A stretch of 64,000 bases of DNA, taken from positions 15,835 through 79,834 of the forward strand of contig JAFTVX010000015.1 in NCBI GenBank assembly GCA_017465575.1, read 5' to 3'. This document shows, one piece after another, positions 35,891-44,501 of this stretch. Below the pieces are notes generated by a model. The model was not told where the DNA came from. It did no database searches and saw only the letters and a list, made by a program, of their open reading frames with translations. Position 1 is the first letter of the stretch; every line of letters begins with the position of its first letter. The DNA comes from Alistipes sp. Lineage in GTDB: Bacteria > Bacteroidota > Bacteroidia > Bacteroidales > Rikenellaceae. The position numbers and the translations under genes are program-made.

Positions 35891-38101
35891 ATGAAACTCA
35901 AACACTTACTAATTTTCGGTGCTTTGTTCGCAGCGAGCTGTGCAGCACCTGCTGGCGACGAAATCGACCGCAAGGTTGATGAGTTGTTAGCCCAGATGAC
36001 CCTCGAGGAGAAGATTGGTCAGATGAATCAAGTGTCGGGAGGCTATCAGTTCTCTGGCGAGATTGCCAAGGGCAATGTAGGCTCGATTCTGAATATCGTA
36101 GACCCCGTTGAGATTAACGCCGTACAGCGTGTTGCTGTCGAGGAGAGCCGCCTCGGTATTCCGTTGCTCGTTAGCCGCGATGTTATCCACGGCTTCCGCA
36201 CCATCTTTCCCATTCCTATCGGCTTGGCAGCCACCTTCGACCCCGCACTTGTTGAGCAGGGCGCGCGTGTTGCTGCTGTCGAGGCTACCGCATCGGGCGT
36301 AAGATGGACATTCTCGCCTATGCTCGATATCGCTCGCGATCCCCGTTGGGGTCGTATCGCCGAGGGCTCGGGTGAGGACCCCTACCTCGATACACAGATG
36401 GGCGTAGCGATGGTTAAGGGCTATCAGGGCGAGGACTTCACCGACCCCACCTCTATGGCGGCTTGTATCAAGCACTTCGTAGGCTATGGCGCTGCCGAGG
36501 GTGGTCGTGACTACAATACCACGATGATTTCGGAGCGTGCATTGCGTAACACCTACTTCCCCGCCTTCAAGGCGTGTGTCGAGGCTGGTGCGCTTACGCT
36601 TATGACCTCGTTCAACGATGTCGATGGCTTGCCCTCAACTGGTAACGAGTGGCTCTTGCGCGATATCTTGCGCGAGGAGTGGGGCTTCGACGGTATGGTC
36701 GTTACGGACTGGAACTCGTCGGGCGAGATGGTAGCTCACGGCTTTGCCGAGGATCTAAAGCACGCTACCGAGCTCTCGATTAACGCAGGTGTCGATATGG
36801 ATATGATGTCGTTTGGCTATGTTCAGTATGTCAAGGCACTTGTTGACGAGGGCAAGATTAAGATGGAGACCATCGATAATGCTGTTCGCAATATCCTCAA
36901 ACTTAAATTCCGCCTCGGTCTGTTCGAGAATCCCTATGTAGATGAGTCGCTTGCTCGTCAGGTGGCATACGCTCCCGAGCACTTGGAGGCAGCTAAGCAG
37001 AGCGCCGTGGAGTCGGCAATCTTGCTTCAGAACAACAACGATGTATTGCCCCTAAAGTCGGCAAAGCGCATCCTTGTTACTGGTCCTATGGCTGATGCTC
37101 CCTATGACCAGCTCGGTACTTGGGCTTTCGATGGCGAGGAGGCATACACCGTAACACCTCTTACGGCACTTCGCAAGGACTACGATGTAGTCTATGAGCC
37201 CGCCTTGGCTTATAGCCGTGATGCCTCTACCGCAGGTATCCCCGCTGCCGTTGCTGCTGCCCGTGGCGTAGATGCTGTTGTGGCATTCGTGGGCGAGGAG
37301 GCTATCCTCTCTGGCGAGGCACACTCACTCTCGCAGATTAACCTTCAGGGTGCGCAGAGCGAGCTTATCAAGGCGTTGAAGGCCACTGGCAAGCCCGTGG
37401 TTGTCGTTGTTATCGCTGGTCGTAACCTCACCATCGAGCGCGACCTCGAGAACTGCGATGCTATGCTCTACTCGTTCCACCCCGGCACTATGGGTGGCGA
37501 GGCTTTGGCAGACCTTATCACTGGCCGTGCAGTGCCCTCGGGTAAGTCGCCCGTAACATTCTTGCGCGATGCAGGTCAGGCACCCTTCTACTACAACCAC
37601 CCGATGACAGGTCGCCCCAATAGTGGCACCGAGACCCTGCTCAACGATATTCCTTTGAAGGCGGGTCAGACATCATTGGGCTGCACATCGTACTACCTCG
37701 ACACTGGCTATGGTCCGTTGTTCCCCTTCGGCTATGGTCTGTCGTACACCACCTTCAAGTACTCGAACATCGCTATCGACAAGGAGAAGTATGCCGAGGG
37801 CGAGACCATCGTTGTTGAGTACGACCTTACGAACACAGGCAACTACGATGCTACGGAGGTTGCACAGCTCTATGTTCGCGACCTTGTAGGCTCGGTTGTA
37901 CGCCCCGTCAAGGAGCTTAAGCGCTTCGAGCGTGTTGAGCTTAAGGCTGGCGAGACGAAGCATTGCCGCTTTGAGTTGCCCGTTTCGGACCTTGCGTTCT
38001 GGAATCGCGATATGGAGTATAAGGTAGAGCCCGGCAAGTTCCAGATATGGGTTGCTGGCGACTCGGCATCGGGCGAGCCTATCGAGTTTGTGGTTGAGTA
38101 G
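35891..38101 (+). CDS. bglX: Glycoside hydrolase family 3 beta-glucosidase (BglX-like)
   Basis: Lipobox (AASC), the KHFVGYG motif, the GFDGMVVTDWNS nucleophile region and a C-terminal Fn3-like domain. 736 aa. Confidence 0.9.
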   Translation: MKLKHLLIFGALFAASCAAPAGDEIDRKVDELLAQMTLEEKIGQMNQVSGGYQFSGEIAKGNVGSILNIVDPVEINAVQRVAVEESRLGIPLLVSRDVIHGFRTIFPIPIGLAATFDPALVEQGARVAAVEATASGVRWTFSPMLDIARDPRWGRIAEGSGEDPYLDTQMGVAMVKGYQGEDFTDPTSMAACIKHFVGYGAAEGGRDYNTTMISERALRNTYFPAFKACVEAGALTLMTSFNDVDGLPSTGNEWLLRDILREEWGFDGMVVTDWNSSGEMVAHGFAEDLKHATELSINAGVDMDMMSFGYVQYVKALVDEGKIKMETIDNAVRNILKLKFRLGLFENPYVDESLARQVAYAPEHLEAAKQSAVESAILLQNNNDVLPLKSAKRILVTGPMADAPYDQLGTWAFDGEEAYTVTPLTALRKDYDVVYEPALAYSRDASTAGIPAAVAAARGVDAVVAFVGEEAILSGEAHSLSQINLQGAQSELIKALKATGKPVVVVVIAGRNLTIERDLENCDAMLYSFHPGTMGGEALADLITGRAVPSGKSPVTFLRDAGQAPFYYNHPMTGRPNSGTETLLNDIPLKAGQTSLGCTSYYLDTGYGPLFPFGYGLSYTTFKYSNIAIDKEKYAEGETIVVEYDLTNTGNYDATEVAQLYVRDLVGSVVRPVKELKRFERVELKAGETKHCRFELPVSDLAFWNRDMEYKVEPGKFQIWVAGDSASGEPIEFVVE

Positions 38102-38121
38102 CCAATAAAGACAACGAAAAA

Positions 38122-38161
38122 AGTAGAGTGTGCTTAAGTTTTAGGCACACTCTACTTTTTT
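38122..38161. terminator. Bidirectional terminator between GH3 and the convergent GH13 gene
   Basis: 12-bp perfect stem AGTAGAGTGTGC / GCACACTCTACT flanked by an A-run (left) and T6 (right). Confidence 0.85.
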
Positions 38162-38316
38162 GGGGAATGAGCAATGAGAAATGAGCAATAGTTGTATAAC
38201 AAGAGCTAATTTTAGGCGTACGAAATTCGTAAAACCGCAGTTTACTAAGGCGTAAATGAGGACTTCGAGGGCAAGCCTAAAGACGAAATACACTTTTTAT
38301 TCACTCTCATTTTCAT

Positions 38317-40023
38317 CTACTCTTGTGCTGCCACTATTACCGCCACATTGTTTTTGTACCTTTCGAAACGCACTCTCCCCGCATCAATTACACCTCTGTT
38401 ACCTGTGCATAAGTCAACGACCTCCTCTCCCTCGGCAAAGTATCCACCCGTAGGTATTGCCGAACACTCCTCGGGTCGTACACGGATAATTGCCACTTTA
38501 TCGCCATCTATGCGAGCACAGGTGTGAGTATCTATGGTTTCTTGCCTGCCAGCCACCACGAATGGATAGTTGTGGCGTATGGTGCCTAAACATCTAAAAT
38601 GGTCGAGCGTTGCGCCATCTATGCTCTCCCAATTCATATCGGAGCGAAATGCTTGGTCGCTATCAACATTGTATTGCGCATCGCTCAACCCACGAAGTGT
38701 CTCATCGCCATAGAATATCTGCACCGCGCCCGGGGCAAGGAGCAATGTTGTAGCACACGCAATCATATTCTCCATATCGGTATCGCGATGATATGAGTTA
38801 TTTAGATAGCTAAATGGGTGCCAATCGGGATGCTCGACCATAGCTTCGGAATAGGCCTGCCAAAGGTAGACTATGCCATCAAGGTCGCCGTGCTTAGGGA
38901 AGTAGAAGTTCACCATACTAGAAAATCCAGCTGAGGCGTAGTCGGCCTTATAGTCGATAGTGGCACGGTCGTAATCGCCAGTCATATAGAAGTCTTCGTT
39001 CCACTTCGATGCAGGGTCATCGGGGTGTGCCATGCGCCATTTCGTAAGTGCCTCGTTGCACGCCTCGTTTAGCTCCTGCCAGCGATTGAGATGGACATTT
39101 TCAACAATATCACACCTGAAGCCATCTATGCCAAACTCCTCGACCCACGATGCAATCCAAGCGATAATATACTCCGAAGGCGCCCACTTATGATTCTTGC
39201 GCAATGGTCGGGCAGACGGATTGACCCACGCATCGTTGCTACCACGCTCAATTCGCCATTTGCGGTGAAGAAAATCGGGAATATCCACCTCTTCGCAACT
39301 CTCATCCTTGTAGTCGGGCATACCAAAAAGTGTAGCCTCAAACGGATTGTTCTCATCCCAACCCTCATCGGGCATCCTTATCCAACCTCTATCGTACCAT
39401 CCGCGCCACGACAGGCGAGAAGCATAGAACTCATCATAACTCCACTCTCGGATATGCTCCACGGACTCCACAGCCGTATAGCCTGTATCGGCAAAACCAT
39501 ACTGCGCGGCATCGAGCAATGTGGGGTATCCCGGATTATTGAGGTTGGCACCAAGCATCACTCGAATACCCTGCGAGTGAAGATAATCCACCAACTCACG
39601 AAACTCCTCAACGGTGCCGAAATTTTTGTCAATCTGCGTATAATCGAGAGGATAGTAGCCATGATAGCCATAGTGTGGAAAGTCGTTGACTGCGCCACTT
39701 CCCGACATCCAGCCATGAATCTGCTCATAAACATCGGTCATCCACACCACATCGACACCGAGTTTAGTGAAGTAACCCTCCTTGGCCTTTTGGAGCATAC
39801 CACAAAAGTCGCCACCATGGAATGTCGCAGCATTGAGTTGCTCCGAGCCATAATCCACACAACGACCATAGTTAACATCGTTGGATGTGTCGCCATTTGC
39901 AAAACGGTCGGTAATAACGAAATAGACAGTGGCATTGCGCCACTCAAAACTATCGGGGCTTTGTGCCCTCGATGCACCAACAGCACACAGCGTTGCAATC
40001 AGTATCAAGAGATTACGCTTCAT
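38317..40023 (-). CDS. Alpha-amylase family glycoside hydrolase (GH13)
   Basis: The ATG at 40023 gives a signal peptide (MKRNLLILIATLCAVGASRAQ). Has GH13 region motifs DVVWMTD.. and GIDGFRCDIVENVH. Confidence 0.85.
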   Translation of the reverse strand: MKRNLLILIATLCAVGASRAQSPDSFEWRNATVYFVITDRFANGDTSNDVNYGRCVDYGSEQLNAATFHGGDFCGMLQKAKEGYFTKLGVDVVWMTDVYEQIHGWMSGSGAVNDFPHYGYHGYYPLDYTQIDKNFGTVEEFRELVDYLHSQGIRVMLGANLNNPGYPTLLDAAQYGFADTGYTAVESVEHIREWSYDEFYASRLSWRGWYDRGWIRMPDEGWDENNPFEATLFGMPDYKDESCEEVDIPDFLHRKWRIERGSNDAWVNPSARPLRKNHKWAPSEYIIAWIASWVEEFGIDGFRCDIVENVHLNRWQELNEACNEALTKWRMAHPDDPASKWNEDFYMTGDYDRATIDYKADYASAGFSSMVNFYFPKHGDLDGIVYLWQAYSEAMVEHPDWHPFSYLNNSYHRDTDMENMIACATTLLLAPGAVQIFYGDETLRGLSDAQYNVDSDQAFRSDMNWESIDGATLDHFRCLGTIRHNYPFVVAGRQETIDTHTCARIDGDKVAIIRVRPEECSAIPTGGYFAEGEEVVDLCTGNRGVIDAGRVRFERYKNNVAVIVAAQE

Positions 40024-40097
40024 AATAATATTATTTGATAGTGCAAAGTTACACCATACAAAACCTCGATGCAATACTGATTTATAACCAAACTACC

Positions 40098-40871
40098 CTA
40101 CAATAGTCGCATTGCCATTGCCGCAGTTATCGCTTCGTAGGTATTGCCAACGCTCAGTTTTTCGAGGATGTTTTGACGATGACGGTTGACCGTATGGATA
40201 CTTATCGAGAGCAAATCAGCAATCTGCTTGCTTGACATACCCTCGCGTATGAGAGTGAGAATCTGCTTTTCTCGCTCCGAGAGGAGTCTGGCTCGCCTCT
40301 CAACCATTTTGATAGGCTCAATCTGTCCGGTGATGATATTGATGATCTTGGGTGTTATATCCAATGATGGGGTCTGGTCGGAAGATAACTCATAACTACA
40401 TATGATAAGCCATATTCTACCCTTGGGTGATGGCTGAAGTATGCGCGTAGTATTATAAATATAGCGATAGATGCCATCACTACCACGCATCCTGAGTCGG
40501 CAACAAGCCACATAGTGCAGTTTATCCTCGGCCGATAGAGAGTCTACATAGCGGAAGTAGTCGTACTCCAACATTCGCTTTTCGACCAAATCCTCTGGAT
40601 GTATACAGTTGTAGATAACATCCTCATCACTAGAGCTATACTCCTCCGCATAGGTTACATCTGCAGAGATGCCCAGAAGCCGAGCAAAAGAGCCCGCATA
40701 TATGTAGCACGAGTCGGCCGAAGCATCGGTAATGACATAGCACACACTACTAAAAGGCGCTATAGCCTCAATCTTGGAGCGAAATGAATCAAGTATCGAA
40801 ACATCAAGTGCCTCGCTATCGAGCCGTTGTGAAGAGTAAATGGCGTTTAACTCTTTGCGTAGGATATCCAT
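40098..40871 (-). CDS. LuxR-family transcriptional regulator with an N-terminal PAS-like sensor domain
   Basis: C-terminal LSEREKQILTLIREGMSSKQIADLLSISIHTVNRHRQNILEKL (LuxR/GerE HTH). The ATG at 40871 is preferred over the TTG at 40880. Confidence 0.8.
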   Translation of the reverse strand: MDILRKELNAIYSSQRLDSEALDVSILDSFRSKIEAIAPFSSVCYVITDASADSCYIYAGSFARLLGISADVTYAEEYSSSDEDVIYNCIHPEDLVEKRMLEYDYFRYVDSLSAEDKLHYVACCRLRMRGSDGIYRYIYNTTRILQPSPKGRIWLIICSYELSSDQTPSLDITPKIINIITGQIEPIKMVERRARLLSEREKQILTLIREGMSSKQIADLLSISIHTVNRHRQNILEKLSVGNTYEAITAAMAMRLL

Positions 40872-40895
40872 AACGAGCAATGGCTTTCAAACACA

Positions 40896-42572
40896 CTACT
40901 TTCCAATCGTCCTGATTCGCTCCTCGAAGGTATCACGATCACCCACTGCCGAGTTCTTGGTGCGGGCGCGGTAGTTGTAAATAGTATTTACCGAGTAGCG
41001 CAATAGCGATGCTATGCGCGACGAGTCGTGGATGCCGAGGCGAATAAGGGCGAAGATACGAAGCTCGGTATTGAGTCTCTCGCCTCGCTTAGGCTCGATA
41101 TGGGCATCGGGCTTGAGCAGGGCGTTAAACTCCTCAACGAAGTTGGGATAGAGATTAAGGAAGGCGTTGTCGAACATCTGGTAGAAGTTATCCAACTCCT
41201 CGTCCATAAGGCTCGACGACTGCAACTCACGCTCCAACTCTGCCGCCTTGCCCTGCGAGAGTTTACGGCGCACGCTACGCTGCATGGTGGTAAGCTTCTC
41301 GATATAGTCCGAGCACATCGAGAGGAATAGGGCGATATACTCCTCCTTCACGGCATTTGCCTCGCGAAGGTCGCTATTTACGCTCTCCAACTTCTCGTTG
41401 AGCTTCTGTAGTTTGGTATTCGTCTCCTCGATATGCTCGTTCATCTCGCGAATCTTGCGCGACGACTTCAGCGAACGACGAAGCAGATATGCCATATAGC
41501 AACAAATGGCGAGTAACAGCACTGCAAGCACCGAGATAATCATTGCAAGGTTGCGTGAGTATGCCTCCTGCTTCTCTAACATCTCACGGTGAGCCTGTTG
41601 CTTATTCTGATACGCCTTCTCAATATCGGGGATGACCGCCGAAATCTGCCATGGGCGCAACTTGGCGTTGTAGTAGAGGGCATCGTTGAGCGAGATTGTT
41701 ACATATCGGAACGCTCGGTCGATATCATCTATCTCCAAGAGGGACTGCGCAAGGCTACACAACGAGGCATTATCCTTCGTAGCAGTGCGGATATCCGATA
41801 TTGCCGAGCGGGCAAACCACTCACGCATCTCGTCACGGCGCTCCAACGCCTCAAGGATGCGGGCACGGTCGTAGGCATACATCGCATACTCGTGGTCATC
41901 GGGTGTAAAGCCCTCCAAAAGCTCCATATTGAGCAACTCCGCCTCTGCCCAGCGACCACCCTCGGTAAGGTTGCGAAGCACCATATCGCGGTGCATAGGG
42001 TGATTCTCGTCGGTGATTTGGAGTATGCGGTTGCGGTAGTATGTCTTCTTTGCGCCCGAGCGATTGCGCACCTCCTCATCGCTGGTGTAGTGCCAGAAAT
42101 CAGAGTGGAAACGCTGCTGTGTGGCGTAGTAGCGCACCAACTGCTCGCGCGTAAGATGCAGAGTATCAATCTCCTTGTCGAGCATCTGCTCCGCCTCGAG
42201 ATACATCGCCGATACGGTATAGAGCATCGCACGGTCGAGCTGGTCATCTGCCATCAACTCCTTGTCGCGCATTGTCGTAGAGAGTTCATAACGGCGGTCG
42301 AGCATCACCATTGCGCGGTCGAGCTGATAGGAGCTGTACTCCTCGTAGAGGCTCTTGTAGATATTGTAGCGCTGAATGGGAGAAAGAGTCTCCTGCTGAA
42401 GCATCGCTTCGTAGCCTGCGATCTTCGTCTCACGAACATCGATATACTCTTGGGCACTCTCCAACGCTCGGTCGAGTTCTTCGAATACTGCGTTTTGCGC
42501 AACTGTGGCGTTAAAGGTAAATACTCCCGCAACGAGGAGCAATATTGTAGATAGGCGTGTAGTAGTTCTCAT
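40896..42572 (-). CDS. DUF6377-like membrane-anchored regulator (TPR-like periplasmic region, TM, coiled coil, C-terminal HTH)
   Basis: Signal peptide, a helical-repeat ectodomain, one TM (LAMIISVLAVLLLAICCYMAYLL), a coiled coil and a C-terminal LTELRIFALIRLGIHDSSRIASLLRYSVNTIYNYR HTH, as in Bacteroidetes DUF6377 proteins. Confidence 0.65.
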   Translation of the reverse strand: MRTTTRLSTILLLVAGVFTFNATVAQNAVFEELDRALESAQEYIDVRETKIAGYEAMLQQETLSPIQRYNIYKSLYEEYSSYQLDRAMVMLDRRYELSTTMRDKELMADDQLDRAMLYTVSAMYLEAEQMLDKEIDTLHLTREQLVRYYATQQRFHSDFWHYTSDEEVRNRSGAKKTYYRNRILQITDENHPMHRDMVLRNLTEGGRWAEAELLNMELLEGFTPDDHEYAMYAYDRARILEALERRDEMREWFARSAISDIRTATKDNASLCSLAQSLLEIDDIDRAFRYVTISLNDALYYNAKLRPWQISAVIPDIEKAYQNKQQAHREMLEKQEAYSRNLAMIISVLAVLLLAICCYMAYLLRRSLKSSRKIREMNEHIEETNTKLQKLNEKLESVNSDLREANAVKEEYIALFLSMCSDYIEKLTTMQRSVRRKLSQGKAAELERELQSSSLMDEELDNFYQMFDNAFLNLYPNFVEEFNALLKPDAHIEPKRGERLNTELRIFALIRLGIHDSSRIASLLRYSVNTIYNYRARTKNSAVGDRDTFEERIRTIGK

Positions 42573-42578
42573 AATGTA

Positions 42579-42586
42579 CAAAGATA
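42579..42586 (-). promoter_or_regulatory. -7 box TATCTTTG immediately upstream of the DUF6377-like gene
   Basis: The reverse complement of CAAAGATA lies only about 7 nt from the ATG at 42572. This implies a very short or absent leader. Confidence 0.45.
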
Positions 42587-42724
42587 TGAAATCTTTCGCA
42601 ATATTGCAAACTGACCACTTTATAAATATGCTACTGAACTAATAATCAGTATATTTACCTATCTACATTCTATATTATAGCCACATAATATAGGTAATAT
42701 TGTCAAAGTTCTGTAATTTTTTTG

Positions 42725-42732
42725 TACCTTTG
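42725..42732 (+). promoter_or_regulatory. -7 box TACCTTTG for the GH30-cotH operon
   Basis: Perfect TAnnTTTG 33 nt upstream of the GH30 ATG, in an AT-rich divergent intergenic region. Confidence 0.6.
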
Positions 42733-42764
42733 TAGAAAGTGAAAATAATTAAAAAATCAATACT

Positions 42765-44501
42765 ATGGCAATGAACTTCGCAACTACACTTATTGTGGCA
42801 CTTGCAACGCTTTTTAGCGGTTGTGGCAAGGAGCCAGCACCAGCGCCTACCCCTAATGAGAATAAGACGACTATCGAGCTTAAACAGGCAAATGCTACCG
42901 ACAACACGGTAGAGGTAGCAGTTACGCTCCAGAATGCCGATGTTGCCTACTGCCTACTTCTCGATGCCGACTCCGCGACACCTCAACTTACGGCGATGAT
43001 GAAGGGTGAGAAGCTCACCGAGTCCACTACCCTCACATTCGATGGTTTGGAGTCGGGCTACACCTACAAGGTCTACGGCATTGCTGCTCGCAACTCGGTA
43101 TATACCAATGTTGTGGGCATCGAGGTTCGCACATCGGGCGAGATTGACTACAACTTCCCCGACGAGGGCGTTAAGGCAATCACCACAACAGCATCGAAGT
43201 CGATGCTATTCAAGGAGGTAGCAGCAAGCGACACAAGTAAGTTGCCAGCCGATGCAGTGGAGATTACCATCGACAACAAGACCCATTATCAGTCTATGGA
43301 GGGCTTTGGCCCCGCAATCACAGGCTCGGCAGCCTACAACCTCTCGAAGATGAAAGAGGCTGACAGAGCGAAGATTTTGAAGGATGCCTTCCACCCCACC
43401 GAGGGTCTTGGCTACAACTATATCCGCATCTCGATTGGTTGCTCGGACTTCTCGCTTCAGGAGTTCACTTGGTGCGACCAGGAGGGCTTGGAGTTCTTCG
43501 GCGTACACGAGGAGGACAAAACCTATCTCTTCCCCATCCTGCGCGAGATTTTGGCTATCAACCCCGATGTAAAGATTATCGCAGCACCCTGGACAGCACC
43601 CCTATGGATGAAGATTGACCGCTACAACAACACCCCCTACAACAAGTGGGCTGGTGGTAAGCTCAACCCCGACTATTACGATGAGTATGCCCAGTATCTC
43701 GTTATGTGGGTCGAGGAGATGGAGGCTAACGGCTTCAAGATTGAGTCTATCACACCGCAGAATGAGCCTCTGCACGATGGCAACTCGGCATCTACCTATA
43801 TGTCGTGGGAGCAGCAGCGCAACTTTATCAAGAACAACCTTGGCCCTGCATTCGAGGAGGCGGGTCTTACGACCAAGATTTGGATTTATGATCACAACTT
43901 CGATGTTACGGACTTTGTGAAAAACATCTATGCCGACAAGGAGGCATCGAAGTATGTCGAGGGCTCGGCTTGGCACGCCTATGGTGGCAGTTCGTCGGCA
44001 CTTGCACAAATCTACAAGGCAGACCCCACGAAGAGCATCTACTTTACAGAGCAGAGCATCGGCACCTGGTGTCCCAACTTTGGCGATAACCTCCTCTGGC
44101 ACATCCGCGAGGTATGTCTCGGCACTATCAACAACTACTGCCGTGCCGTGGTGCTCTGGAACTTTATGCTCGATGCCGAGCGAGGCCCCAACCGCCCCGG
44201 TGGTTGCCAGACCTGCTACGGCTTTGTTGACTGCGACGGCTCGTATGCCTACAACACCCTTACCTATCGTAGCCACTGGTACGCCATAGGTCATATGTCG
44301 AAGGTCGTACAGCGTGGCGCTCAGCGCATTAAGTCGTCGGCTTCGGGTGTAACACTCTCGGCATTCGAGAACCCCGATGGTACACTCTCGGCAGTCGTTC
44401 TCAACGACAAAGACGAAGATAAGCAGGTCGTTGTACGAAGCCCCAAGGGCGACTTCGTATTGACACTTGCTGGTCGCTCGGTAACATCTATCATCTGGTA
44501 A
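42765..44501 (+). CDS. Glycoside hydrolase family 30 lipoprotein (glucosylceramidase/beta-1,6-glucanase-like) with an extra N-terminal Ig-like domain
   Basis: Lipobox (LFSGC). The GH30 core has MEGFGPAITGSAAY, YNYIRISIGCSDFS, APWTAPLWMK and ITPQNEP (acid/base Glu) motifs. Confidence 0.8.
   Translation: MAMNFATTLIVALATLFSGCGKEPAPAPTPNENKTTIELKQANATDNTVEVAVTLQNADVAYCLLLDADSATPQLTAMMKGEKLTESTTLTFDGLESGYTYKVYGIAARNSVYTNVVGIEVRTSGEIDYNFPDEGVKAITTTASKSMLFKEVAASDTSKLPADAVEITIDNKTHYQSMEGFGPAITGSAAYNLSKMKEADRAKILKDAFHPTEGLGYNYIRISIGCSDFSLQEFTWCDQEGLEFFGVHEEDKTYLFPILREILAINPDVKIIAAPWTAPLWMKIDRYNNTPYNKWAGGKLNPDYYDEYAQYLVMWVEEMEANGFKIESITPQNEPLHDGNSASTYMSWEQQRNFIKNNLGPAFEEAGLTTKIWIYDHNFDVTDFVKNIYADKEASKYVEGSAWHAYGGSSSALAQIYKADPTKSIYFTEQSIGTWCPNFGDNLLWHIREVCLGTINNYCRAVVLWNFMLDAERGPNRPGGCQTCYGFVDCDGSYAYNTLTYRSHWYAIGHMSKVVQRGAQRIKSSASGVTLSAFENPDGTLSAVVLNDKDEDKQVVVRSPKGDFVLTLAGRSVTSIIW

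Noticed and set aside
38162-38316. Possible small RNA or ORF in the 155-bp stretch between the bidirectional terminator and the GH13 stop. It contains AATGAGCAATGAG words and the TACGAA-A-TTCGTA palindrome.
   Set aside because: It has no promoter box, no convincing ORF and no terminator of its own. It is probably the 3' UTR of the GH13 gene carrying the same word-type repeats described elsewhere.
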